Source: an uncultured beta proteobacterium
GTDB taxonomy: Bacteria; Pseudomonadota; Gammaproteobacteria; Burkholderiales; Burkholderiaceae_C
Direction: 5' to 3'
NCBI GenBank assembly: GCA_963722025.1
Contig: CAVRNE010000091.1
Coordinates: 13,406 to 77,405, forward strand
Length of the DNA stretch: 64,000 nt
The translations under genes and the position numbers were made by a program. The notes under the pieces are model-generated. The model worked only from the letters and a program-made list of their open reading frames with translations. It had not been told where the DNA came from and searched no databases. Below, in pieces: positions 1-11,143 of the stretch (position 1 is its first letter; every line of letters begins with the position of its first letter).

Positions 1-213
1 GTCCGGTCGTTGTACGCGTACCGCAAAGTGACGGGGGGCGTGCTAAATTGTGTCCGCCGCAACTGTTGCGCTTGCGAAAGGCGAGGAGTGACCGAACTGT
101 CAGTGCTCGGCCTGGCGGATGTGCGCCTCACAAGAGGTTGCTCACTGGCCATGCTGGTGACCGTCGCCGTCGGGCTACGGCGGGGAAAGCGCTCCGGCAC
201 GAGGTTGGGTGAA

Positions 214-730
214 CTGCTGCGCATGGTGCTTGGGTCGCTGACCGGGCGTCCGCCGCAATCCCTGCGGTTCGAGGCAAGCCCCGCAAGGCAAGCCCTATCT
301 GGCCGGCAATGATTCGATCGCGTTCAATCTTTCGCATTCGCGCAGCTATTCGCTGATCGCCTTGTCGCTGGGCGGCGAGATAGGCTGCGATGTCGAGGAC
401 AGGTTTCGCGACGATGATGACGTGGATGAACTGGGCGCCGTGGTACTGCATCCCGTGGAACAGCAGGAGATGCTGCGCCTGGCTGCGCCGCAGCGGCAGG
501 AAGCGTTCAAGCGGTACTGGGTACGCAAGGAAGCCGCTCTCAAAGCCGCAGGCTCGGGTTTTCTCAAGGACCCTCGCGCCGTCATTGTCGGGCTCGATCG
601 CGCCCAGCCTGTTTGGGACAACGTAGATGGCCCGGCTATGAACATTCACGAGAGGCAGCTCGGGCCGAACTGCTTTGCCGCGGTCGCCAGCTCGGACGCC
701 GCTTGCTCCTGGCACTCGTTCGCGCCCTGA
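214..730 (+). CDS. Sfp-type 4'-phosphopantetheinyl transferase, 5' part not recognisable, one frameshift near 285
   Basis: Joined frames read LLRMVLG...GKPYL...FNLSHS...GCDVE...WVRKEAALKA, the Sfp/ACPS motifs. Confidence 0.8.
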
Positions 731-744
731 GGCGCGTCGCAATC

Positions 745-1569
745 TCAGGCCGCGTCGGCCGCCAGTTCCGTCATTTCTTTCACGCGTTCATAGATCGGCG
801 TGAAGTCCGGCGCCGTCTTGTCGAACAGCTCCTGGAAGCTCTCGATGACGAAGTAGGTCTGCTGGTAGCTGTCGATCTTGTAGCGGGTGCGCATCACGCG
901 CTCGATGTCCAGCGGCAGGCGCCGGGGCTCTGGACTGGCCACCGCATATTGCAGTTCGCCCGGTGAGCTCAGGATGCCGGCGCCATAAGCGCGCAGGCCA
1001 TCCTTCTGCCGGATCAGGCCGAACTCGATGGTGTACCAGTACAGCCGGCTGAGCAGTTCGCACGATTCAAGGCGATGCGCCTTCAGGCCGCCCTTGCCGT
1101 ACTCCTGCATGTGGTCGGCGAAGATCGGATTGAACAGCAGCGGCACGTGGCCGAACAGGTCGTGGAAGACATCGGGCTCGACGATGTAGTCGAATTCCTC
1201 GGGTGTGCGGATCCAGTCGGTGACCGGGAATTTGCGGTTCGCCAGCAGCGTGAAGAACGGGACCTCGGGTATCAGGCCGGGCACCGCCACGATCTCCCAG
1301 CGGGTGGCCTTGTACAGGCGGTCGTTGATTTCTTCGAAGCGCGGGATTTTTTCCTTCACGCCCAGCGACGGCAGGGCGGCCAGGAACTCGTCGCAGGCCC
1401 GGCCCGGCACCAGGGCTGCCTGCCGCTCGTACAGGCGGCGGTAGGTGTCGTGGTCCGCCTGCGTGTAGCCCGCATAGTTTTGCGGGCAGGTGTAGTCGGC
1501 GCCGGCGCGCGAGTAGTCTCCGCGCGGCGGCCGTTCGCTCGCGCCATATACAACGGGTTCAACTGCCAT
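745..1569 (-). CDS. phhA: phenylalanine 4-monooxygenase
   Basis: EPDVFHDLFGHVP iron-binding motif, LYWYTIEFGL, AYGAGILSS; start taken at MAVEPVVYG. Confidence 0.95.
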   Translation of the reverse strand: MAVEPVVYGASERPPRGDYSRAGADYTCPQNYAGYTQADHDTYRRLYERQAALVPGRACDEFLAALPSLGVKEKIPRFEEINDRLYKATRWEIVAVPGLIPEVPFFTLLANRKFPVTDWIRTPEEFDYIVEPDVFHDLFGHVPLLFNPIFADHMQEYGKGGLKAHRLESCELLSRLYWYTIEFGLIRQKDGLRAYGAGILSSPGELQYAVASPEPRRLPLDIERVMRTRYKIDSYQQTYFVIESFQELFDKTAPDFTPIYERVKEMTELAADAA

Positions 1570-2740
1570 GTTTCGGCTCCTGGAATTGCGGATCAAGTCC
1601 GCAATGACAATACAAATCATCAGGCGGCTGCTTGCTTTCGAGCACGCCGCGCCGCATCTGGTCGAGCTCCATGGTCTCGAACAGCGCCTTGAAGTTGCCC
1701 TCGCCGAAGCCGCTGTTGCCCTTGCGCTGGATGAACTCGAAGAAGATCGGTCCCAGCTGGTTCTCGCTGAAGATCTGCAGCAGCAGTTCGCCCGGCTTTC
1801 CGTCCACCAGGATGTTGCGCTGCTGCAGCCCCACCAGGTCTTCGCCATGGCCCGGGATGCGCTTTTCCAGCAGCTCGTAGTAGGTCTCGCTGGTCGAAAG
1901 CAGTTTCACGCCGCTCATCTGCAGCGCATCCACCGTGTCGTACAGGTTGGTGGAGCCCATCGCGATGTGCTGGATGCCCTCGCCATGGTAGCGGTCCAGG
2001 TATTCCTGGATCTGGCCCGCCTTCTCATTGCCTTCCTCGTTGATCGGGATGCGGATCTTGCCGCAAGGGCTGGTCATGGCCTTGCTCTTCACGCCCGTGG
2101 CCTGGCCTTCGATGTCGAAGTAGCGCACTTCACGGAAGTTGAACAGCCGCTCGTAGAAGTCGGCCCACTCGCTCATGCGGCCGCGGTGCACGTTGTGCGT
2201 CAGGTGGTCGATATAGGTCAGGCCATGGCCGGCGGGATGCAGCTCGGCGCCGGGCAGTGGCTCGAAGTCCACGTCGTAGAAGCCGATGTTGCCGATCTCG
2301 CCCTCTTTGGCGCCGTTCTTGCCGCGCCAGCGGTCGATGAAATAGATGATGGAATCGCCGATGCCCTTGATCGCCGGGATGTTCAGCTCGCCCGGCCCCG
2401 CGACGCCCGCGTAGCCCCAGGCGCCCAGCGAGATGGCGCGTTCATAGGCGGCCTTGGCATCGCGCACCCTGAAGGCGATGGCGCAGACACTGGGCCCGTG
2501 CAGGCGCGCGAAGCGCTGCGCGAAGGAATCGGGCTCGGCGTTGATGATGAAGTTGATTTCGCCCTGGCGAAACAGCAGCACGTTCTTGTGGCGGTGCCGG
2601 GCGATGGGCTTGAACCCCATGCGCTCGAACAACTGGCCCATGGCCTTGGGATCGGGCGCGGCGTACTCGATGAATTCGAAGCCGTCCGTCCCCATGGGGT
2701 TGTCCCAGGCGGAAGTTTGAGCCGGCAGAGGTGCGTTCAT
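1559..2740 (-). CDS. hppD: 4-hydroxyphenylpyruvate dioxygenase (C-terminal tail probably lengthened by an indel)
   Basis: NPMGTDGFEFIEY, IDHLTHNV, GEGIQHIA, FFEFIQRKG, GFGEGNFKALF. Confidence 0.96.
   Translation of the reverse strand: MNAPLPAQTSAWDNPMGTDGFEFIEYAAPDPKAMGQLFERMGFKPIARHRHKNVLLFRQGEINFIINAEPDSFAQRFARLHGPSVCAIAFRVRDAKAAYERAISLGAWGYAGVAGPGELNIPAIKGIGDSIIYFIDRWRGKNGAKEGEIGNIGFYDVDFEPLPGAELHPAGHGLTYIDHLTHNVHRGRMSEWADFYERLFNFREVRYFDIEGQATGVKSKAMTSPCGKIRIPINEEGNEKAGQIQEYLDRYHGEGIQHIAMGSTNLYDTVDALQMSGVKLLSTSETYYELLEKRIPGHGEDLVGLQQRNILVDGKPGELLLQIFSENQLGPIFFEFIQRKGNSGFGEGNFKALFETMELDQMRRGVLESKQPPDDLYCHCGLDPQFQEPKHGS
1585..1609. repeat. GTCAT-bounded palindromic repeat, half copy
   Basis: ATTGCGGA-TCAAG-TCCGCAAT-GACA hairpin, same family as 19720 and 47552. 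Confidence 0.75.
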
Positions 2741-2896
2741 GGTGTCTCCAGAATAGGCATGCGTTCCCATGCACTGTAGAACCAGGATCGGTCAGTTTTC
2801 CGCCGAACTCGGGCACTGCGAGCCGTGCGTGCGCAAGAAAACTGCGTTTTTGCTTGCTCGGGCGGGGCCCTGCACGAGCAGTAAAATTGCGAAATC

Positions 2897-3376
2897 ATGG
2901 AGATCAACGCACTCGACAAGCTCGACAGGGCCATCTTGCGCCGCCTGCAGCAGAACGGCCGCGAAACCTATGACGTGATCGGCGAGCAGGTGGGGTTGTC
3001 GTCGAGCGCCGTGCTGCGCCGCGTCAAGCGCCTGGAAGAGGCCGGCGTGATCGACCGCTACGTGGCCCTGGTCAACCCGGAAGCCGTCGGGCTGGGTCTG
3101 ACGGCCTATATCAACGTGCGTCTCGAAAAGCACACGGAAAGCCACAAGCGCAATCCCATGGACCTGTTTCGCGCCAGCGTCCAGACCTGGCCCGAGGTGG
3201 TGGAGTGCGCCGCCTTGACCGGGGAAATGGACTATTTATTGCGTGTGGTGGTCCAGGACATGGCCCACTACAGCCGCTTCATCATGGATACGCTGCTCAA
3301 GCATCCGTCGGTGGAAGATTGCAAAACCAGCTTTGTGCTCGACAGGGTGAAGGCGACCACCGCCATCCCGGTGTAA
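2897..3376 (+). CDS. Lrp/AsnC family transcriptional regulator, divergent from hppD
   Basis: LDKLDRAILRRLQQNGR HTH and ECAALTGEMDYLLRV. Confidence 0.93.
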   Translation: MEINALDKLDRAILRRLQQNGRETYDVIGEQVGLSSSAVLRRVKRLEEAGVIDRYVALVNPEAVGLGLTAYINVRLEKHTESHKRNPMDLFRASVQTWPEVVECAALTGEMDYLLRVVVQDMAHYSRFIMDTLLKHPSVEDCKTSFVLDRVKATTAIPV

Positions 3377-3522
3377 CCAGAATGCCTTAGTGCTACGAAT
3401 AAAGTAGCGTGCGATCCACGCTGGTGGAAGGGGAGGATGGGTTATTTAGCAAGCTAGGTAGGACTACCTGACTGCTCCGGCTTTCGGTTTTCCTCCCTAG
3501 TGAAAACCCTTAAATTGAGGGC

Positions 3523-4182
3523 ATGACTGAAACCTCCCAAGCCAGCAAGTCGACGCCGGTGGTGGTTCCCATCCGTTCACTGGGTCCCAGCCACCGTGAA
3601 CGCATCCGCACGCACCTCATGGCGCTGGATGAGCAAGACCGCTATTTGCGCTTCGGCTACGCGGCCAATGACGAGCAGATCGGGCGCTACGTCGACAGCC
3701 TGGACTTCGATCGTGACGAAATCTTCGGCATCTTCAATCGCCGGCTGGAACTCATCGCTGTCGCGCACCTGGCCTTCTCGCAAGACCCGGCGCAGCTCTC
3801 GTGCGCCGAATTCGGCGTCTCCGTGCTCACGAAAGCCCGTGGCCGCGGCTATGGCGCGCGCCTCTTCGAGCGGGCCGTGATGCACGCGCGCAATGAAGGC
3901 GTGGACATGCTGTTCATTCACGCGCTGAGCGAGAACACTGCCATGATCAAGATCGCCCGCAACGCCGGGGCCACGCTCGACCGCGCCGGCGCCGAGACCG
4001 ACGCCTACCTGCGTTTGCCGCCCGCCACGCTCGACAGCAGGATGAGCGAACTGGTGGAGGAGCAACTGGCCTTGACCGACTACCGCCTGAAAGTCCAGGC
4101 CAAGAACTTCTGGGACTTCCTGGCCGGTGTGCAAGAGGTACGCCAGGGCGTGCGCGACGCGCGCCACAAGGCCGGCGACTGA
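3523..4182 (+). CDS. GNAT family N-acetyltransferase
   Basis: AEFGVSV...ARGRGYG acetyl-CoA binding motif. Confidence 0.85.
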   Translation: MTETSQASKSTPVVVPIRSLGPSHRERIRTHLMALDEQDRYLRFGYAANDEQIGRYVDSLDFDRDEIFGIFNRRLELIAVAHLAFSQDPAQLSCAEFGVSVLTKARGRGYGARLFERAVMHARNEGVDMLFIHALSENTAMIKIARNAGATLDRAGAETDAYLRLPPATLDSRMSELVEEQLALTDYRLKVQAKNFWDFLAGVQEVRQGVRDARHKAGD

Positions 4183-4289
4183 GCAGGCGGCAATGACCGT
4201 AGCCACGCAGTGGCAAGCGTGGGGGGCTCAGACCTATTTCCGCTATCCTATTGGTCCCTCCACTACCGCACGTCCTGCACCCCAAGGCT

Positions 4290-5168
4290 GTGTCCGACCC
4301 GCACCCAGCGCGTGCTTCCCTTGAAAAGGAAGACAAGCGCACTTTCCTGCAGAAGATCGCTGAGTTCATCCACCCCGGACCGGACTCCAAGGCCGAACTG
4401 ATAGAGACACTGGCCGATGCCGAGGACAACGACATCATCGGCGCCGAATCACGGGTGATGCTCGAAGGGGTGATCCGCATGGCCGAGCTGACGGCCGGCG
4501 ACGTGATGGTGGCCGCGCCGCGGATGGACCTGCTCAACATCGATTCACCGCACGACGACATCCTGGGCCTCGTCATCGACACCGCGCACTCGCGCTTTCC
4601 CGTTTACGAGGGCGATCGCGAGAACATCATCGGCATCCTCCTGGCCAAGGACCTGCTGAAGCTGCAGCGGGCGCCTGAGCTGAACATCCGTGCCTTGCTG
4701 CGCCCGGCGGTCTTCGTGCCGGAGACCAAGGGCCTGAACGACCTGCTGCGCGAGTTTCGCGGCAATCGCAACCACCTGGCGATCGTCGTCGACGAGTTCG
4801 GCCGGATCGCGGGGCTCATCACCATCGAGGACGTGCTCGAGCAGATCGTCGGCGAGATCGAGGACGAGTTCGACATCGCCGAGGACGAGGGCGACATCTT
4901 CAGCCTGGCCGACCGGACCTATCGGGTCAGCGGCGACACCGACGTCGAGCGCGTCAGCGAAGCCTTCGGGGTGAAGCTGGCGCCCACGGACGACGAGCAG
5001 GAATTCGACACCATCGGCGGCCTGATCGCCCACGAAATGGGCCATGTGCCCAAGCGCGGCGAGCATCACGTCCTGGCCGGCCTGAACTTCGTCGTGCTGC
5101 ATACCAAGGGCGGCGCGGTGCGCTGGTTCAAGGTTTCGCCGGTCGCCGACGACGACCGCACGGGTTGA
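4290..5168 (+). CDS. corC: HlyC/CorC family CBS-domain Mg/Co efflux protein
   Basis: HSRFPVY, tandem CBS domains, IEDVLEQIVGEIEDEFD; lies upstream of lnt. Confidence 0.9.
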   Translation: MSDPHPARASLEKEDKRTFLQKIAEFIHPGPDSKAELIETLADAEDNDIIGAESRVMLEGVIRMAELTAGDVMVAAPRMDLLNIDSPHDDILGLVIDTAHSRFPVYEGDRENIIGILLAKDLLKLQRAPELNIRALLRPAVFVPETKGLNDLLREFRGNRNHLAIVVDEFGRIAGLITIEDVLEQIVGEIEDEFDIAEDEGDIFSLADRTYRVSGDTDVERVSEAFGVKLAPTDDEQEFDTIGGLIAHEMGHVPKRGEHHVLAGLNFVVLHTKGGAVRWFKVSPVADDDRTG

Positions 5169-5172
5169 GGCT

Positions 5173-6697
5173 TTGACCAGACTGGCGCCGTTCGCGCTTG
5201 CATTGCTGGCGGGCCTGGCGCAGGCCATGTCCATTGCGGCGCCGTGGAACGGCCAGCCGCAATGGTGGCTTCAACTGCTCTCGCTGGCGGCGCTGGCCGG
5301 GCTGGTTCAGCGGGCGGGCGGAGCCAGGCGCGCGGCCCTCCTCGGTTGGGCTTTCGCCACCAGTTGGCTCACGGCTACTTTCTGGTGGTTGTTCATTTCA
5401 ATGCACGTGTACGGTGGGCTGCCCGCCCCGCTGGCCGCTGTCGCCGTGTTGACGCTGGCCGGGCTCCTGGCCATCTACTACGGCGCCGCCTGTGCTGCTT
5501 TCGCCATGCTGCGCGGTGGCGGCCTCTTTTTCCGGGCTGTGCTTTTCGCATCCCTGTGGCTGCTGGCCGAACTGGCGCGCACTACGTGGTTCACCGGGTT
5601 CCCCTGGGGTGCCGGGGGCTACGCGCATGTCGACGGACCGCTGTCGGCTCTTGCGCCGCAAATAGGCGTTCACGGAATCGGCTTCGTGGCGGCGCTGCTG
5701 GCCTTCGCGCTGTCCTTGCTTGCGCAAGGGAGCATTGCGCGATCCTGGCGCTACTGGGCGGCGCTGGCGGGTGCCATGGGGCTGCTGGCCGCGTGCAACA
5801 TGGCGGCCGTGCCCAAGGAGGCGCCGACGACGCAGCCGCGCCTGTCGGTGGCGCTGCTCCAGGGCAACATTCCCCAGGACGAGAAGTTCGAGGGCCGCAC
5901 CGGCGTCCCGGTGGCGCTGGACTGGTACGGCCGGCAACTCCAGGACAACACCGCCAGCCTGGTCGTGGCGCCCGAAACCGCAATACCGATGTTGCCCCGG
6001 CAATTGCCGGACGGTTACTTCGAGGCGCTGCGCGCGCGCTTTGCCCAGGGGGAGCAGGCGGCGCTGATCGGCATCCCTTTGGGCAACTCCAAGGAAGGCT
6101 ATACCAACTCGGTGATCGGCCTTTCGCCCGGCGCGCAAATCTACAGCTTCCACAAGCACCATCTGGTGCCCTTCGGCGAATTCATCCCGCCGCTGTTCAA
6201 GTGGTTCACGCAGATGATGAACATCCCCCTGGGGGACTTCAACCGCGGCCCGATCGGCCAGCCCGTCCTTCGAGTGGCAAGGGCAGCGCCTGGCGCCCAA
6301 CATCTGCTATGAAGACCTGTTCGGCGAAGAGCTGGGGGCGCAGTTCGCGAACCCGGCGACGGCGCCCACCATCCTCGTCAACGTCAGCAACATCGCCTGG
6401 TTCGGCAACACGGTCGCGATCGACCAGCACCTGCAGATCAGCCGTATGCGCGCCATCGAATTCGAGCGGCCGATGCTCCGCGCCACCAACACCGGCGCCA
6501 CGGTCATCATCGACCATCGCGGCCAGGTGACCCATTCGCTGCCGCGCCATACCCGTGGCGTGCTGGCCGGGGAAGTGGAGGGGCGAAGCGCGATCACGCC
6601 CTACGCCCGCTGGGTGTCCAGGCTGGGGCTGTGGCCGCTGTGGCTATTCGCGGTCGCGATCGTCGGCCTCGCGGCGTGGCGGCGCAGGGTCGACTAA
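5173..6697 (+). CDS. lnt: apolipoprotein N-acyltransferase (frameshift near 6270)
   Basis: FTGFPW, QGNIPQ, PETA, KHHLVPFGEFIP, ICYE, RATNTG. Confidence 0.93.
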
Positions 6698-6764
6698 AGA
6701 CGTGCAATTTCGCCGTCACCGACCCGCACCGTAAAATCGGCGGTTTTCCCTTGCGCTTCGCCCG

Positions 6765-7670
6765 ATGTTGACCTTCCAGCAAATCATCCTGAAACTGCAG
6801 TCCTACTGGGACGCGCAGGGCTGCGCGCTGCTGCAGCCCTATGACATGGAAGTGGGCGCAGGGACTTCACACACCGCGACTTTCCTGCGCGCCCTGGGCC
6901 CCGAGCCCTGGAAGGCCGCGTATGTGCAGCCCAGCCGCCGCCCCAAGGACGGCCGCTATGGCGAGAACCCCAACCGGCTGCAGCACTACTACCAATACCA
7001 GGTGGTGCTGAAGCCGGCGCCGGCCAACATCCTGGAGCTCTACCTGGGCTCGCTCGAGGCCCTGGGTTTCGATCTCAAGAAGAACGACATCCGCTTCGTC
7101 GAGGACGATTGGGAAAACCCCACGCTGGGCGCCTGGGGCCTGGGCTGGGAAGTCTGGCTCAACGGCATGGAAGTGACGCAGTTCACCTATTTCCAGCAGG
7201 TCGGCGGCATCGATTGCAAACCGATCACCGGCGAGATCACCTACGGCCTGGAACGGCTGGCGATGTACTTGCAGAACGTGGACAACGTCTACAACCTGAA
7301 GTGGACCGAAGACCTGAGCTACGGCGACGTGTACCTGCAGAACGAGAAAGAGCAGTCGGCGTACAACTTCGAGCACAGCGACGCCGAGTTCCTGTTCACC
7401 GCCTTCGGCGCGCACGAGAAGCAGGCCAAGCACCTCATGGAACAACAACTGGCGCTGCCCGCCTATGAGCAGGTGCTCAAGGCGGCGCATAGCTTCAACC
7501 TGCTGGATGCGCGCGGCGCGATCAGCGTCACTGAACGCGCGGCCTACATCGGCCGCATCCGCAATCTCGCCCGCGCCGTGGCGCAGAGCTACTACGACAG
7601 CCGCGAGCGCCAGGGTTTTCCCATGGCGCCGCGCGAGTGGGTGGCCGACATGCAGAAGAAGGCGGCCTGA
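6765..7670 (+). CDS. glyQ: glycine-tRNA ligase alpha subunit
   Basis: [38 protein letters not shown]. Confidence 0.98.
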   Translation: MLTFQQIILKLQSYWDAQGCALLQPYDMEVGAGTSHTATFLRALGPEPWKAAYVQPSRRPKDGRYGENPNRLQHYYQYQVVLKPAPANILELYLGSLEALGFDLKKNDIRFVEDDWENPTLGAWGLGWEVWLNGMEVTQFTYFQQVGGIDCKPITGEITYGLERLAMYLQNVDNVYNLKWTEDLSYGDVYLQNEKEQSAYNFEHSDAEFLFTAFGAHEKQAKHLMEQQLALPAYEQVLKAAHSFNLLDARGAISVTERAAYIGRIRNLARAVAQSYYDSRERQGFPMAPREWVADMQKKAA

Positions 7671-7673
7671 GCC

Positions 7674-9778
7674 ATGGCACACCAGAATCTTCTTGTCGAG
7701 CTGTTCGTGGAAGAGCTGCCGCCCAAGGCGCTCAAGAAACTCGGCCAAGCCTTTGCCGGCGCGCTGTTCGACCAGCTCAAGGCCCAGGGCCTGGCTTCCG
7801 GCGAATCGAAGCTCACTTCGTTTGCATCGCCGCGGCGCCTGGCAGCCCATGTCACGGTCGTCGCCGCGCAGGGCGCGGACAAGGCCGTGTCCCAAAAGCT
7901 CATGCCGGTCAGCGTGGGGCTGGACGCTTCCGGCAACGCCACGCCGGCGCTCCTGAAAAAGCTCCAATCCCTGGGCGCCGATGCCTCGGCCGTACCCGCC
8001 CTCAAGCGGGCCATGGACGGCAAGGCCGAAGCGCTGTTCCATGACAGCAACGTCAAGGGCGCGACGCTGGCCGAGGGCCTGCAGAAGGCGCTGAACGAAA
8101 GCCTCGCCAGGCTGCCCATCCCCAAGGTCATGACCTACCAGCTCGCTGACGGCTGGAGCGACGTGAAGTTCGTGCGCCCGGCCCATGCGCTGGTGGCTTT
8201 GCATGGCAGCGAGGTGGTGCCGGTTGAAGTGCTGGGCCTGAAGGCCGGCAACACCACGCACGGCCACCGGTTCGAGGCGCCCGCCGACCCGGTGCTGGTG
8301 AAAGACGCCGACAGCTACGCGAGCGCGCTGGAGAAAGACGGCGCCGTGATCGCCAGCTTCGAGGCCCGGCGCGCAGAGATCGTGCGCCAACTCGCCGACG
8401 CGGCTGCCAAGGTAGGTAGCGCCCGCGCCATCGAAGACGAAGCCCTGCTCGATGAAGTCACCGCGCTGGTCGAGCGTCCCAATGTGCTGGTCTGCGAGTT
8501 CGAGAAGGAGTTCCTCGAAGTGCCGCAGGAGTGCCTGATCCTCACGATGAAGGCCAACCAGAAGTATTTCCCGCTGCTCGATGGCCAAGGCAAGCTCACC
8601 AACAAGTTCCTGGTGGTCAGCAACATCCGGCCGGCCGATCCGAGTGCGGTGATCGGCGGCAACGAGCGGGTGGTGCGCCCGCGCCTGGCCGATGCCAAAT
8701 TCTTCTTCGACCAGGACCGCAAGAAAACGCTGGCCTCGCGCGTCGAGGGCCTGGCCAAGGTGGTCTATCACAACAAGCTGGGCACGCAGGGTGAGCGTGT
8801 GGAGCGCGTGCGCAAGCTGGCTCAGGCGATCGGCGTGAAGCTGGGTGGCGACCCACTGGCAAAGCAGGCCGACCAGGCCGCGCTGCTTGCCAAGGCGGAC
8901 TTGCTGACCGACATGGTCGGCGAATTCCCCGAGCTGCAAGGCATCATGGGCCGCTACTACGCCCTGAACGACGGGCTGGGCCAGGAGATCGCCGACGCGA
9001 TCGAGGACCACTACAAGCCGCGCTTCGCCGGCGATGAGTTGCCGCGCAACCAGGTGGGCGTCGTCGACGGCGCTGGCCGACAAGCTGGAAACCCTGGCGG
9101 GCCTGTTCGCCATCGGCCAGCTTCCCACCGGCGACAAGGATCCGTTCGCGCTGCGGCGCCACGCCCTGGGCATCGTCCGCATGCTGATGGAGAAAGACCT
9201 GCCGCTGGCATTGGACGAGGTCCTGGACCAGGCCGTGGCGCTGTTCCCGCAGGCCGACGCCAAGACCGGCGCCTTGCTGTCGGAATTCATCTACGAGCGG
9301 CTCGCCGGGTCGCTGCGCGAGCAGGGCTACAGCGCACAGGAAGTCGACGCCGTGCTGGCGCTGCGGCCGCAGCGGCTGGGCGACGTCGCCAAGCGGCTGG
9401 CGGCTGTGCGCGCATTTGCGGCGCTGCCCGAGGCTGCCGCGCTGGCCGCGGCCAACAAGCGCATCGGCAACATCCTCAAGAAGGCAGAGAAGGCCGACGC
9501 TCATGTGAGCGAGGTCCTGCTCAAGGAAGAGGCCGAGAAGGACCTGTATGCGCATGACGCGCAGCATCGCCCCGCAAGCCGGCGCGCAGTTCGAGGCCGG
9601 CGACTACACGGGCTCGCTGCAGACGCTGGCGGCGCTGCGGGCCACCGTCGATGCCTTCTTCGACGGCGTGATGGTCAATGCCGAGGAGGCCGACCTGCGC
9701 CTGAACCGCCTGGGCCTGCTGGCTACGCTGCACCAGGCCATGAACCGCGTCGCCGACCTGTCGCGTCTGGCCACCTGA
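7674..9778 (+). CDS. glyS: glycine-tRNA ligase beta subunit (frameshifts near 9068 and 9555)
   Basis: [50 protein letters not shown]. Confidence 0.96.
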
Positions 9779-9788
9779 TGGGAACGCC

Positions 9789-10361
9789 ATGAAACTCGTC
9801 ATCCTCGACCGCGACGGAACCATCAACGCCGACAGCGACGAATTCATCAAGTCGCCCGAGGAATGGACGCCGCTGCCCGGCGCGCTGGAAGCCATCGCCC
9901 GGCTCAATCACGCCGGCTGGCACACGGTGATCGCCTCCAACCAGTCGGGCCTGGGCCGCGGCCTGTTCGACGTGGCGTCGCTCAACGCCATGCACGCCAA
10001 GATGCACAAGATGCTGGCGGCCCAGGGCGGCCGCATCGACGCCGTGTTCTATTGTCCGCACAGCCCCGACGAGGGCTGCCAATGCCGCAAGCCCTTGCCG
10101 GGCCTGTTCGAGCAGATCAGCGAGCGCTTTGGCGTGGAGCTCAAAGGCACGCCGGTGGTGGGAGACGGCCTGCGCGATCTGCAGGCCGGCGCAGCCGTGG
10201 GTTGCGAGCCGCACCTGGTGCTGACCGGCAAGGGCGCCGAATTCCGTGGCCGGGCGCTGCCCGAGACCTACCCCGCGGACACCCGGGTCCATGAGGACCT
10301 GGCTGCATTCGCCGAGTGGCTGATCGCCCGGCAAGCCGCCGCGCCCAAGGCGGGTGGCTGA
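9789..10361 (+). CDS. gmhB: D-glycero-beta-D-manno-heptose 1,7-bisphosphate 7-phosphatase
   Basis: [11 protein letters not shown] motif, SNQSG, CPH...CRKP; follows glyS. Confidence 0.93.
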   Translation: MKLVILDRDGTINADSDEFIKSPEEWTPLPGALEAIARLNHAGWHTVIASNQSGLGRGLFDVASLNAMHAKMHKMLAAQGGRIDAVFYCPHSPDEGCQCRKPLPGLFEQISERFGVELKGTPVVGDGLRDLQAGAAVGCEPHLVLTGKGAEFRGRALPETYPADTRVHEDLAAFAEWLIARQAAAPKAGG

Positions 10362-10364
10362 CGC

Positions 10365-11132
10365 ATGCCTTTACTTCGTTCGGTAGTTCACGCCCTCTGG
10401 ATGCTGGTGACCGTGGTGCCCTGGGGCATCTACATGGTCACGGCCTCGCTCTGGTCCAACGGCACGCAGATGTGGTGGATGGCGCACCGATGGCTGAGCT
10501 GGGTCAGCGGCGATATCGGCCGCGCGATCCTGGGCATCCAGGTGCGCATCACGGGCTACGAGAACCTGCCGGTCGGCGAGACGAGCCCCGCCATCCTGCT
10601 GGTCAAGCACCAGTCCACCCTGGAAACCTTCCTCATTCCCACGCTGATGCCGCATCCGCTGGCCTTCGTGTTCAAGAAGGAGCTGATCTTGGTGCCGTTT
10701 TTTGGTTGGGCCATGGGTCGCATGGACATGATCCACATCGACCGCAGCCTGCGCGCGCAGGCCTTCAACAAGGTGGTCGAGCAGGGCAAGCGCCTGCTGG
10801 CCAAGGGCATCTGGGTCATCATGTTCCCCGAGGGCACCCGCATTCCGCGCGGGCAGAAGGGCACCTACAAGAGCGGCGGCACGCGGCTTGCCATCGAGAC
10901 CGGAGCGCCGGTGATACCGATCGCCGTCACTTCGGCCAAGGTCTGGCCGCGCAAGGCCTTCATCAAGAGGCCGGGTGTGGTGGACGTGTCCATCGGCAAG
11001 CCGATCCCGAGCCAGGGCCGCCAGCCCGATGAATTGATGCGCGAGGTCGAGGCCTGGATCGAATCCGAAATGCGCAGGCTCGATCCCGACGCTTACATTG
11101 AAAAGGTCCACGAGCCTGTTCGCAGCAGCTAA
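10365..11132 (+). CDS. plsC: 1-acyl-sn-glycerol-3-phosphate acyltransferase
   Basis: KHQS..E and FPEGTR acyltransferase motifs. Confidence 0.9.
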   Translation: MPLLRSVVHALWMLVTVVPWGIYMVTASLWSNGTQMWWMAHRWLSWVSGDIGRAILGIQVRITGYENLPVGETSPAILLVKHQSTLETFLIPTLMPHPLAFVFKKELILVPFFGWAMGRMDMIHIDRSLRAQAFNKVVEQGKRLLAKGIWVIMFPEGTRIPRGQKGTYKSGGTRLAIETGAPVIPIAVTSAKVWPRKAFIKRPGVVDVSIGKPIPSQGRQPDELMREVEAWIESEMRRLDPDAYIEKVHEPVRSS

Positions 11133-11143
11133 ACTCTCGCTCC

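Noticed and set aside
1559-1625. HppD C-terminal extension through the repeat into phhA
   Set aside because: One missing base near 1625 would restore a stop right after the usual RRGVL end; likely an error
6867-9290. 807-aa antisense ORF over glyQS, and similar long antisense ORFs (1568-2779, 14478-15980, 42157-43782, 62712-63998)
   Set aside because: Shadow frames expected opposite high-GC3 genes; no motifs of their own
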